Shown piece after piece: positions 1-10,710 of a stretch of DNA of 64,000 bases. The stretch's first letter is position 1. Every line of letters starts with the position of its first letter. Under the pieces are notes generated by a model. The model was given only the letters and a program-made list of their open reading frames with translations. It did no database searches and was not told where the DNA came from. The position numbers were made by a program, and so were the translations under genes. Origin of the DNA: Paraspadella gotoi (lineage: Eukaryota; Animalia; Chaetognatha); NCBI GenBank assembly GCA_051294375.1, contig CM119267.1:11417332-11481331 (forward strand), given 5' to 3'.

Positions 1-206
1 CATCAGCCGAGTGTTATTCATTGACCTGCCTCGACGGTTTCTTTCTTCGTTAAAAGGCTCGCGAACCAAGCAGAACCGTTTACACTGGTCTTCGAGAGAA
101 AAACTTCAAAACGTTAATTAACAATAATTGCGTTAAGGTTGGGGCTGGTTCAGAAAGAAAGAAAGAAAGAAAGAAGAAAGAAACAAAAGAAAGAAGAGAG
201 GAGAGG

Positions 207-267
<61 letters not shown>

Positions 268-728
268 AAGACGACCTTTTTTTCGACGCCGTCAAATCCT
301 TTTTAAAAGTCTTCATTTTCATTGTTCGCGGTGGTCGCCGAGTCGGAAAGCTGGGTTTTGAAGGGGATTTAGGTCGCGTCCCCTGCCTGCGTCGCCTTGA
401 CCAAGGATTTTGGTTGCGAAACGGCCGAAAGAATTCGCACACGCTATTAATACTCGTAATCTTTAATAACCCGGCGATGACCAGTGTGTAAATTGAAAAA
501 AATCGCTTTGAAAAGTTTTCAAAAACTGTTGTTGATCTGGCAATTTTAATAACTGTTTGAAGCTTCTGGCTTCTATGCGTAGCAACGTAGTACTTCTTTG
601 AACGGCATGATCGATCTAGTATTAAACAATATTTATGTATAGTAATCGTATGAAAAGTTTGCAGCAAATGTTTACATCGGAATAAAATGAGTCAAAAAGC
701 CCCAAATGTTTTGTTTATCTTCGCCCAG

Positions 729-3468
729 CTGCCGAAAGTGGAGCTGCTTCCGCGTTCGAGATTTCTTCGTGGATCTTCATGACACCGGCGACGGTCCGTC
801 CGTCCTCGTGCTCAATCGATACTTCACGGCGTTTTCGCTATCATGACGGTCAAACGACTCTTGGCCTGGTCCAGCCAATTAAGTCGGGCAATTAGTTTTC
901 TTTCAAAGGTGAATACGTTTGTTTTTTTTTTAAGTGCGCCGCGAGTACTCGCGGAGCAAACTGCGGTTCGGTCTGTCGGTCGGTATGTCTGTCAGTCGGG
1001 TCTGTCCCACTTACGTTAAAAATGCTTATAATTCTATAGTTTGGTTTCTCAATTTGTTATGACAGAAAAAAGCTCCTAAATTATAAGAATAAAAAAGACG
1101 AAATTTTGATGTCATAAATACACACAGGCAAAAAAAAAAATATTTTTAATCATATCAATGTGATCAAGACAAATTATATTGTAAGAATAAAGTCAACTGC
1201 GGCGCAACACAATTGGAAATTACCGTTCTTGTTTGTTATTTTTTTTTTTTTGCCCAAGAAATAAAACCAAATTGAATTTATGAGGCTTTTGACGGACATT
1301 GATTGATTTAAATTGAATCTCTCCATTAAATTTTTTACTGAGAATAAATTTGCTCTGGTCTCAAGTCGGCGAGTAAGAACGTAGCATTTTTAAATAAAAA
1401 AGTAAACACGTAGTTGAGTAAATTAGAAAGTCTTAAAGCTTACTTTCCTCGCCATAACCACCCACTACAACAATACGCCCCTTACTCTCTCTAAAGCCAA
1501 AAACCAGCGAAAGCGGAGCGACGTCACCAGCGAGCTCAAATCCTCTCGGCCTCCTCCTCCCTTCTTCCTCCTCCTCGTCCTCGCCGTCATCTCGGCCAAT
1601 GTGGAGACGACCGTCGACGCGGATGTGCGACCTCGATCAGTGTGGTTAGCTTCGCCACCTTCAGCCTCTCCGCCACGACGTCTCCGTCACCATCGTCCTC
1701 CGAGGTGAGAAATTTTTTGTTTTTGTTGCGTCGAATCGGTTGGGTTTGTTTTTGTGTTTGTTTTTGTGTTTTTGTGTTTTTGTGTTTGTTTTTGTTGCGT
1801 CGAATCGGTTGGGAATATCGAACTTCTCTCTGGGAAATACTACAGGGAGGTATAGCTTTTTTGAGACTAACTTCAAGTGCTTACAGCATAAAAAAGGTTA
1901 ATGATCGGAGAAAAAAAAAGATTATATTTGGAAACTAGTCTAATTTTTCTTTTCGTTCGATATCGAAAATGTCTGGAAAATCCAACAGCAACTCGTGTCA
2001 TTGATGCTTTTCGCATTTTTGGGGAAGATTTTGGCGAAAATCAAGACAAATTATTGTATGTAGTCAAATCTGTTTTTAATATCGCGAGCCATGGCTACTA
2101 GAATTTGACCAATTTAACACTGCAAAAAAATATAACAGAGTTAAAAATATTTGACAACGTTATTTAATATCAAACGTGGTAAAAAACATTTATATTCAGT
2201 TAAGAACTAAATTATTTAAATTTGTTCCATTGTCCTCGAATTAGAACTCGAAAATCGAACCGGAAGAAAACGGAGCAAGAAAAAAAAATAATTTCGGTTG
2301 CCCAAGGTTACGCGTTTGCCCGGAAGTGGGCGTGTCAAGAGAAACGAGGGGAAAAAAAATTTCATCTTCGTCTGACAATTTTATGACAGAAATAAACTTC
2401 TGGCGCAGAAGAAAGGAAGAGTCGAACAATAAAAAGTGGGCGAGACGTAGAGATAATACGGAAAGGCTAAAAATTGTGCGCGCGAGAGAGTTTCTCTTTT
2501 GAAGAGACGCGATAATTAACGGATAAACCGATAACGAAAATTGGGGAAAAAAACCTTCGTTTCTCACCTCGGCTCATTAAATGAAAATTCATGGTTGTTA
2601 ATCTTAGATGCCACTCTGTAACTCTCCGTCGCTTATCCTTCCAGGCGTTCTCATGTATCGGCGACGCCTGTCTCAAGTCTCCACGCGATCGGGCGCCGAG
2701 ATGGAGCTTCTCGTCCTACTCATCGCCGTTTCCTTCGCCGTTCTCCACGCCCCCTTTTTCGTGCTGTTCGGAGAGGCGCTCTCGGTTCCGCACGATCCCA
2801 TCACAGGTGAGGCTGCGCCAAAATGGTCGCTGAGGGAATTTTGGGAAAATGATCGACTTTCGTTGATTTGGTTGATTGATTGATTGATTGCTAAAGTTAT
2901 ATTTATTTTTTAGTTGAAACTTTTCGGACGCATGTAGGTAGGACCAACCAAATTAAATAAAATTTAATCAAAATTACCTCTAACTCAGTGGATTAATTAA
3001 AAAAAGAAGAAAAAAAACAATCATAAACGAAATAATTGCCACAAAAATCTTTTAAATTACAATTAAAGGTTAATAACGTGGGATTTGTTAAATTTAATAG
3101 TCAAGATATATATTAATAGTGAAAAGCCGAGTTTTTCAAATATTAAAATTTTAAAATCTCCAGGCATCAACCCCATAACGGGCAACGTCCACGACATCTG
3201 CTTCTCCGTCAACTCCGCCGTCAACTTCTTCCTCTTCGTCGCCGCCAACTCTTCCTTCAAGCGCACCTTCGTCGGTCTCCTCCGCGGATACTCGGCCGAG
3301 GACTTCCCCGCCGACTTCATGAACTCGGTGACGCCGAACCGGAAGGAGGAGGCGTGGCAGCAGGACAAGCACCTCATCGATCTAGTTGGAAAGAGGAGGA
3401 CGGGGGAGACGAGCCTGGGGAACGGATCGATCGAAGGGGAGGAAGAGAGGGTGGACGACTTGAAATGA
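729..3468 (+). CDS. Class A (rhodopsin-like) GPCR, FMRFamide/peptide-receptor-like; partial (ECL1/TM3 to C-terminus), 5' exons outside the window
   Basis: GT-AG exons 729-908, 1497-1704, 2645-2806, 3164-3468. TM3 end 'VFAIMTVKRLLAW' (E/DRY position), TM5 end 'VSVTIVLRGVLMYRRR', TM6 'LLVLLIAVSFAVLHAPFFVLF', TM7/helix 8 'DICFSVNSAVNFFLFVAANSSFKRTF'. The last two exons are clean and in phase; the first two need frameshifts (sequence error or pseudogenisation). Confidence 0.8.
931..1233. mobile_element. Non-autonomous Helentron/DINE-1-like element in a GPCR intron
   Basis: Subterminal inverted repeat TGCGCCGC (935-942) / GCGGCGCA (1199-1206), palindrome CCGCGAGTACTCGCGG (939-954), GGTC/TGTC microsatellite, T-rich flanks. 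A related copy lies at ~18165-18425 (shared 'ggtctgtcccacttacgttaaaaat'). Confidence 0.55.
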
Positions 3469-4203
3469 GGTCTACGTGATTACCGAGGGAGGGATTCTTC
3501 TGTTGTTTCTTATTTATCGATGCTATTTTGTTTATTTTTTTAGATTCTCTGCTTTACATTATGTTTTATTTCCTATTTCGTACGATATCAAATCGACTTG
3601 ATAATTATCATTTGATTTTCTTGGGTATAAAAGAATGTTCAGTCAAGAATCAGTCATTGAAGAATAGAAAACGCTAACGAGTTGCGTCTAGTATTGTTAA
3701 ATCGTGATTGTCACTCGAGTACCAAAACCAAAAGGCTGCAAATTTGCCTCTATTTCTTTCGTCGGACCTTTCTTCTATTCCTTGCAAGAGTTTTTGCTTT
3801 TTAACGAAAAGTTGATTTTTGCCTAACAGCTCACACAACAAACAGAAAGGATTTTTACAAGATGGTTTTTATCCATATTTCAATGACCACGCTTTTGATT
3901 CTAAAACAAAACGAAAATAGAAAATATTTTTGTTCTTCACATTTAAGTCGTAGGCAGTCCGATCAATGGGAAACTTGAATGCTTATCAAAAGCCACAATT
4001 CCTTTGCCCGATCACGACGGCGACCCCTCTGCCCGAAACGAAACCCGTCGCTCACGCCCGAGTAGAGTGGCCCTCAGCCCGAAGAAGGGCGCCGCCTTCT
4101 TCTCTGCCCGACCAGGGCGCCGTTTGTCTGATTGCGAATTTCTTCGAGCGGCGGATTCGGATTTAATATCGTTCCTCATAAATTCATCACCTAGACGACG
4201 AGC

Positions 4204-4297
<94 letters not shown>

Positions 4298-4465
4298 CTT
4301 CTGACAGCGGTTGCTACGTTCACGAGCGAAGCAACGCAGTTTCCGGCGAAGAAAAAAAAAGTGGAAGGGATTTAAGGTCAAGACTGAAGCGAAGCGTGAG
4401 AGAAAGGTTGAGACAGAACAAGGGAGACGAAGGGAGAGAGAGAAGGAGAGAGAGAGAGAGAGAGA

Positions 4466-4549
<84 letters not shown>

Positions 4550-5331
4550 AGCGACGAAAATCAGAATGGATGGGCGCAATATAACGCTCAAGAGATACAG
4601 GAAGGGAGATAGAGGGAGTAAGAGAAATATAGAAAGAAAGAGAGAGAGAGCGAGAGCGTGTGTCGAAACAGCTTTACCTTTTTTTTTTCTTGTTTTGACA
4701 TTCTGAATTTGTCAAGAGAGAGACTCGTGTTAGGAACTCGGAATAACTCGTTCACTCGGCTCAAATCTCTGGCGCCATTGATATTTTTTTGTTTAACCTG
4801 TCTGTTTCGGAGTCTCGTACAATGTATGTATGTATATATGTATGTATGTATGTATGCATGCATGTATGTTCCTACTACTTTGTTCCGTATTCTTTTTTTC
4901 ATCTTGAAAATCATTCTTCCGTCGCATCAGTCGAACCCAGCTTGAGCTGCGGCGTTGACCAAATCATCATTTAACCTAATGACAACTGAATGCCTCCTTA
5001 CGAAAGTTTTAAGTGAGGTGATTCGTGATTAACTTTACGAAGAAAATGGTGTAATGATTAAACGTTATATGAGATATCTCAGATATGAGACATGAGATCT
5101 CAATTAAATGAGATCTCATGAGATGACATGACATGACATGACATAAATGAGATGACATGAGATCTAAATTAAATGAATTTTATTCAATCTAATTTTAGAC
5201 GGGGTTCCAAAATATGACCCTATGGCCTTATGGCCTTATGGCCTCGAAGGGGGAACACACCATCCCAAGCGTTGTGTTCTATTCACAGTCGTAACGACTT
5301 CCCTCTGCGTTGGCAAAGCGAGACCATCTTA

Positions 5332-5402
5332 GGGTAAACTCCCCAGTAACAGGAGGCGTCACTGAGGGTCGGAAGCCCCCAAAACCAACAGTGAGAAGCC
5401 CC
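5332..5402 (-). promoter_or_regulatory. Cluster of NF-kB/Rel-like motifs upstream of the IL-1-like gene
   Basis: Read on the minus strand: GGGGGCTTCC (5371-5380, fits GGGRNNYYCC), GGGAGTTTAC (5334-5343, one mismatch), GGGGCTTCTC (5393-5402, one mismatch). They lie upstream of candidate 5'-UTR splice donors at 5602, 5614 and 5649. Confidence 0.3.
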
Positions 5403-6153
5403 ATCCCAATGGGCATCACAAGCAACCCGGCTGTTGCCATTACGTTTTTTTCTGCGATTGCACTTCAGGTTTCGCCGTGAAGTCGTCATTGCCTCGGCGG
5501 CGATACAATGACGACCCCGCGTCCGACGATATATCTCAGAGTTCCGAGTTTCTGGAGAAAAACAAACATAAGCCTCGAGGGCGTGAGAAGTTTTCGGTCG
5601 AGTGAGTTCGAGGGTAAGGGCGAGTTCATTCTTACGAATTATGTGAGGTGAGTTGGAGTTGAGACCTTGAGAAATAGATGAATTTACGCATTGATTCTTT
5701 TCATTGTAGATTAATAGGGATTAACTGGACGCAAGTAATACGTTACTTAGTGGATGAGAAAGAAGTGCGAGAGATAGAGTAGTATTGAAGAATCGGGCTT
5801 GGGAAAGGAGTGAGAGAGAAAAATAGAGAACGCAGAGAAAACCAGGGAAGAGAGAAAAAAAAAGAGAGAATTCGAGCAGGAGTTTCATGTCCTTATATGG
5901 CAAAAAACAGAGAAAAATTGGAAATTGGCTTATAATTATATTGTCCGTGAAACACTCAACTTTCGATTTATTTTTTATCACGTACGATAAATCCACATAA
6001 TATTTATTTAATTATGACAAAATACAGAATTAACCGTTTGTGTTCTGTAAAAAGCTACACTTATATCTTTTTAACTTTAAAAAACTGAGAAATAAATTGA
6101 TTTTGAAATTATTATTTCTAATTCTAACTCTAATTCTGCCAATTTCTTTTTTA

Positions 6154-6652
6154 GTTGGATCTGCGTATCGCTGATTCTGACGGTCCCACCCCAAAATCTT
6201 GTCGGTAAATCTATTTAATCATATCAGAACATCGAATTATGATAAATTATGCAAAAAAATGTTGTCCGTCCGTCCGTCTGTCTGTCTGTCCGTCCGTCCG
6301 TCGGTCCGTCCGTCCGTTCCCCAAAATTACTCGTGATTGGATGGATGGATTGGAATAAAATTTTGTGTGGGGGTAGTAAAGTGTATGATTAAGATGGATA
6401 TAAAGTTTCAATGGAATCGTGCAAGTGGAATGTGTTAAAATTGCAAAAACAAAAGTGACATTCACTTTTTTATACTTATAATTACTCATAATTATTCTAT
6501 TTATTCAGAATTGCATAGATGAATTGAGACAAAATTTTGTGTGTGGGTAGAAAAGTGTGTAATGAAGCTTGCTATAAAGGAATGAAATCGTGCTAGTGAA
6601 AATGAGTTTTAATGAAAAAAACAAAAGTCACATTTACTTGAATTTTATTAAA

Positions 6653-6692
<40 letters not shown>

Positions 6693-7258
6693 CTTTCTCA
6701 TAGATAAAATCATTAATTAACTAATTGTTAAGTTAATTGACTGATTGATTTATATATTTTTTAATGGTTTATTAAGAGATCTGTGATGATTTATAATCTA
6801 ATGATCTGTTATAAAAAAATTATGAAAAAATTAATTAAGTTAACCAAATTATCAAAGTTGACAAAATTACGACAGTTGACCCAATTATGCCAGTTGACCG
6901 AATTATGCCAGTTTGACAAAATTATGCCAGTTGACCAAATTATACCAATTGACCAAATTATGGCAGTTGACCAAATTATGTCAGTTCACCAAATTATTCC
7001 AGTTGACCAAATCATGCAAATTGGCTAAATTATGCCAGTTGACCAAATTAGGCAAGTTGACCAAATTCTGCGAGTTTTATTTATTAAGAAGTCTGTTATG
7101 ATTTGTCATGAAATTTGTACAACCAATATAAAAATTATCCATGTTATGTTATAATTTGTTATAATCTGTCAAGATCACAAATTTAAAGTCAGAAAGAATT
7201 ATTGTGATTTATCATCGGATTAGCAGATTACCACTTAATTATCGCAGGCAGTTCCGAC
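6154..7258. mobile_element. Helentron/DINE-like non-autonomous element with internal tandem repeats
   Basis: Imperfect inverted ends GTTGGATCTGC (6154-6164) / GCAGTTCCGAC (7248-7258). Contains a (GTCC/GTCT)n tract at ~6264-6317, two diverged ~130-bp direct repeats (~6345-6475 and ~6517-6645) and an 18-bp minisatellite. Confidence 0.45.
6836..7070. repeat. 18-bp minisatellite, consensus CCAAATTATGCCAGTTGA, ~13 copies
   Basis: Directly visible head-to-tail units; it produces the TKLCQL and DQIMPV repeat ORFs in the ORF track. Confidence 0.9.
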
Positions 7259-7659
7259 ATTGTTTGCTCAATCTTGTTTTTTATCGTCTAGGCTCGGACA
7301 TCCGGGCTTTCGAAATGAGTTGGTTTTTATAAGATCTTCTATCAAGAGTCATATCGGCGAACGTCAGAAAGTCCTGCGGGTATAATATGTCTTTGTCTTC
7401 GTGACTTTTTTTTTTCTCTTTCTCGTCGATGTCGCGTGATACATAATTAAACCGGCGCGGTGACATAAATTCACGTGACCGCTCCAAATCTGATGCAATA
7501 ACTAGAGAGTCTCGATGCGGTTCAAAACTCCTTTTAAAAGCGAATCGCAAAGAAAAATTAAAACTGCGCATTTTAAAGAAACATTATCAGTTTTAATAAT
7601 CGATCGACAGGCTAGAGCCAGAAATTCCCGCTGTCCGTCATTAATTGTTGACATTCGAA

Positions 7660-9700
7660 ATGGCGTCTTCGATGATCGAGGAGGCCGAATCCGTTGTCGA
7701 AGCCCTCGACGCCGGAAATGACGACGCGGCGAGCGACGACGCCGCAAACGATTCCATCCCCAACGACGACGCGTCCGCCGAAAATTCTCGACCGGCTTCG
7801 TCGTCTTCGTCGTCGCCGTCGGCTTCTTTGTCGTCGCTGGAAAAATCGACGACATTAAACTTTAAACGAATGTTGTCGAAGCTGAATAAATACTTTAGAG
7901 AAGTACCGTCGCGTTCACGCCGCAGATGGAAATCGCTCCGCGACAAAAACGACGCCCATAACCGTGTTGGCGGAGGTGATGGAAGTCGTGATGGCGAGAA
8001 TGGCGGCGGCGGTGATGAAGGCGGGACCGACGAGGGCTGCGTCAATGTCCTTAGAGACGATCCAAATTCAAACCCAGACCCCGCAATCAACACCGGAGAT
8101 AAGTCTTCCCCGGTCTTGAATGCCGAACCACACTGGCCGTCCGACATCGACGAGCGCACATCCTCCATGGACTATACAGATTCACTCTGCTACCGTCTCT
8201 TCTTGGCCGTGGAGGATGGAACCGAATCGGAGCCTTGCAGGTCTCTCAGAGTCACGCACCTCGTCGACGCCGGCCGCCCGACCGACAACGCCAACGAAAA
8301 TGGAGAAAACTCCGATGACACGTGGAAACGTCTCGCACGCGTTGATAAAGTCCCCATTAGTTACGTTCCACGGCGTCAGACGGGCGCATTCGAGCCCGTC
8401 GTCAGTGACGACGTTCAACTCACGACGTTTGAGATTCACTTTATATTCGACTCCAAGGTACAGTTAGAGCAATTTTAAAATATTTATTATTATACATTAT
8501 CACTTCATTATATTATTTGTTATTTCAATCAAAATTTTAAGAAAATACTTTCGTATTACGAAAAATTGCAAGGCTACTTGTTTTACTACAATGTACCAAT
8601 GGTACTGTCGATTAATAAAACCTTACTACGCCTAGACCAGATAAAAAAAATATTATCAAGAACAAGATACTTAAATTTTAAAAATTTACCTAGATGAAGG
8701 TCAGTAAAAAACAACCACATTTTTAGTTAGAGAGTATTAATTTTCGATTAAATTATTCACTTATATTTTTCGTTGTGTCGGGATATTTAGTGAAAAAGAT
8801 TCGAAGTAAATTTGACTTATTTCAAGTCGTTTTCACTTATATTCTTGATGCGATAATCCTTTCTTTTTCGTTGTTATTTATTATTAGAGAAAAAATAAAA
8901 ATACAAATACAAATACAAATACAAATTCCAAAACACTTTGCTTTCTCACTTATGAAAATTTGCAAATTACTTGTTTCACTATTTTCTATTTTTCTATTTT
9001 AATATTTTAATATTTTTATGAAGGATTTAGTATTTAATCTATATTATTTAATCAAACATATATTGCTTTCTTTTTTAAAAATGTTTTATTTATCTAATAA
9101 TTCAATTTGGGAAGGGGAAGTCAGTGTTGTCTTCTGGAAATTCTTTATAATTTTTTAAAATTGATTTAATAACAATTTGTTGAATAAAGAGCTATTACCT
9201 ATTACCTATTATTAGAAAGAGACAGAGAGAAACAGATGTCAGGAATCACGTACAGAAAGTCAGACAGACAACCATGCAGCAGATAGCGTGAGACCGATCG
9301 CAACACAACTGTTTTCCCTTAAGTTATTATTAACATTGAAGTTTTAAACTTGATCCCAACCTCGCAGGTCTTCGTAACCTTTCTCGACCATGCTGGACGA
9401 CACCGCGCCTTAACAGTCGAACTCTCAAAAGGTCGGTATCGCTTGGGCGCCGTCGAGCTGCCCGCCGACTCCTCCGCTCACGGCCCCAACGACTCCAGGC
9501 GGCTCTTCTTCGCCCATGCGCTCGAGGGCGGTTCCACCACCGCCTGGGCCTTCGAGAGCGTGGAGTGGCCCAAGCATTACCTGGCCGTCGTCGCGGGAGT
9601 CAGGAACCCGAATCGGGAGGTCGTCGGGTTGAAGAGGATGAATCGTCTCGAGGACGTCTTCACAAATGGGAAGATGAGATTCTCGTTGTTTGCTACATGA
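7660..9700 (+). CDS. IL-1/IL-18-family-like beta-trefoil cytokine precursor (376 aa, no signal peptide)
   Basis: Exon 7660-8457 (gaaATGG start, upstream in-frame TAA at 7642) plus exon 9368-9700, joined by a phase-0 GT-AG intron with an open frame throughout. C-terminus '[31 protein letters not shown]...VVGLKR...KMRFSLFAT' resembles the IL-1 signature region (IL-18 '[40 protein letters not shown]'; IL-36a 'FESVAFPGWFIAV'). The N-terminal region is acidic and low-complexity. The gene model is solid; the family call is by eye. Confidence 0.7.
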
Positions 9701-10710
9701 GGTGGAAGAGGAAAAGGAGGAGAGCGAGAAAACAAACATGCTGGCGTTGTTTTTTGTAGAGGTGATTACTGATTAGTGATCACTGATCACTGATCTGTAG
9801 CGTTCCTTTATTCAATGTAGATTGTATATATATTAAATTTAGTTATAATTTACATCCGGGACTTAGTGGCACAAATCATTTCTCATTGCGCAAAGATACT
9901 TTACTGTAGAATAAATGGCCGCTTTCTGCTTTCTGTTTTCTTTGAAATATTTAAAATCGCACTTTAAATTCACATTCATGCAGGTTAATTTAACTTGTTT
10001 TTTATTGAAATAAATTTATCGTGACTAAGGTGACCTCGACTTTCTTATACGATTTTTAAAGTGATGAGAGTTACAAAAAAGTCTGACCGAGAAATCAAGA
10101 TAACATTTTAATGAATAAAAATGTTATGATAAAAGAAAAATATATGTATTTTACCTTTTGCTCCGATGAGTAACGATCGCTAATGAGCTAGATCTTTGTT
10201 GTGGACCCGAACGTATTTTTTAAGAAATTAATTTTGCCTTTGAGTTCAGAACGCAAAAGTTCAAAATCGGTTACTTGATTGGCTTGTCTTCAATACGGTG
10301 TTGACAAGAACTGCGTAATAACAATTATCATTGGTTTTTTTCGTTGGCTTGTATTTTGTTAATTTTTGTGATACAATAAAAACTACAACAGGTTTGAACA
10401 TGTTCGCTTAAAAGTACGAAAATTTGGAAAGAAAAAAGAAGAAAAAAGCAAAATGGCTTTGTTAACGGAAAAGCCTTGCGAGCCCCCTAAGGGGTCGATG
10501 GATGTTTTCTTCACGACATACTCTAACCTACTGGTAATGGCTTTATCGTCGTCGCCAACATCGTCGTCGTCGTTGTCGTCGTCGTCGTGGTCGTCGTCGA
10601 ATTCTTCGAAAATTTTTTATTTGTTTTTAATTGAACCACAAAAAGCGGACGTAGTGATGTTCATTACATCTCCGTTGGTTGCCTTTAATCGAAAGAAAAA
10701 TTCACTCGCA

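Noticed and set aside
4004-4706. RE-rich and SL-rich ORFs here and throughout the window
   Set aside because: They are translations of (GA)n/(CT)n microsatellites, open in several frames on both strands.
6836-7070. CRISPR-like array or repeat protein
   Set aside because: Contiguous 18-bp units with no unique spacers, no cas genes, eukaryotic context, and no splice signals.
9368-9700. FGF or AbfB/CBM42 identity for the trefoil-like domain
   Set aside because: It lacks the FGF C-x-F-x-E motif and the three-fold repeated YLRH motif of AbfB. Strand order and precursor layout fit IL-18/IL-1 better. Not excluded without structure comparison.
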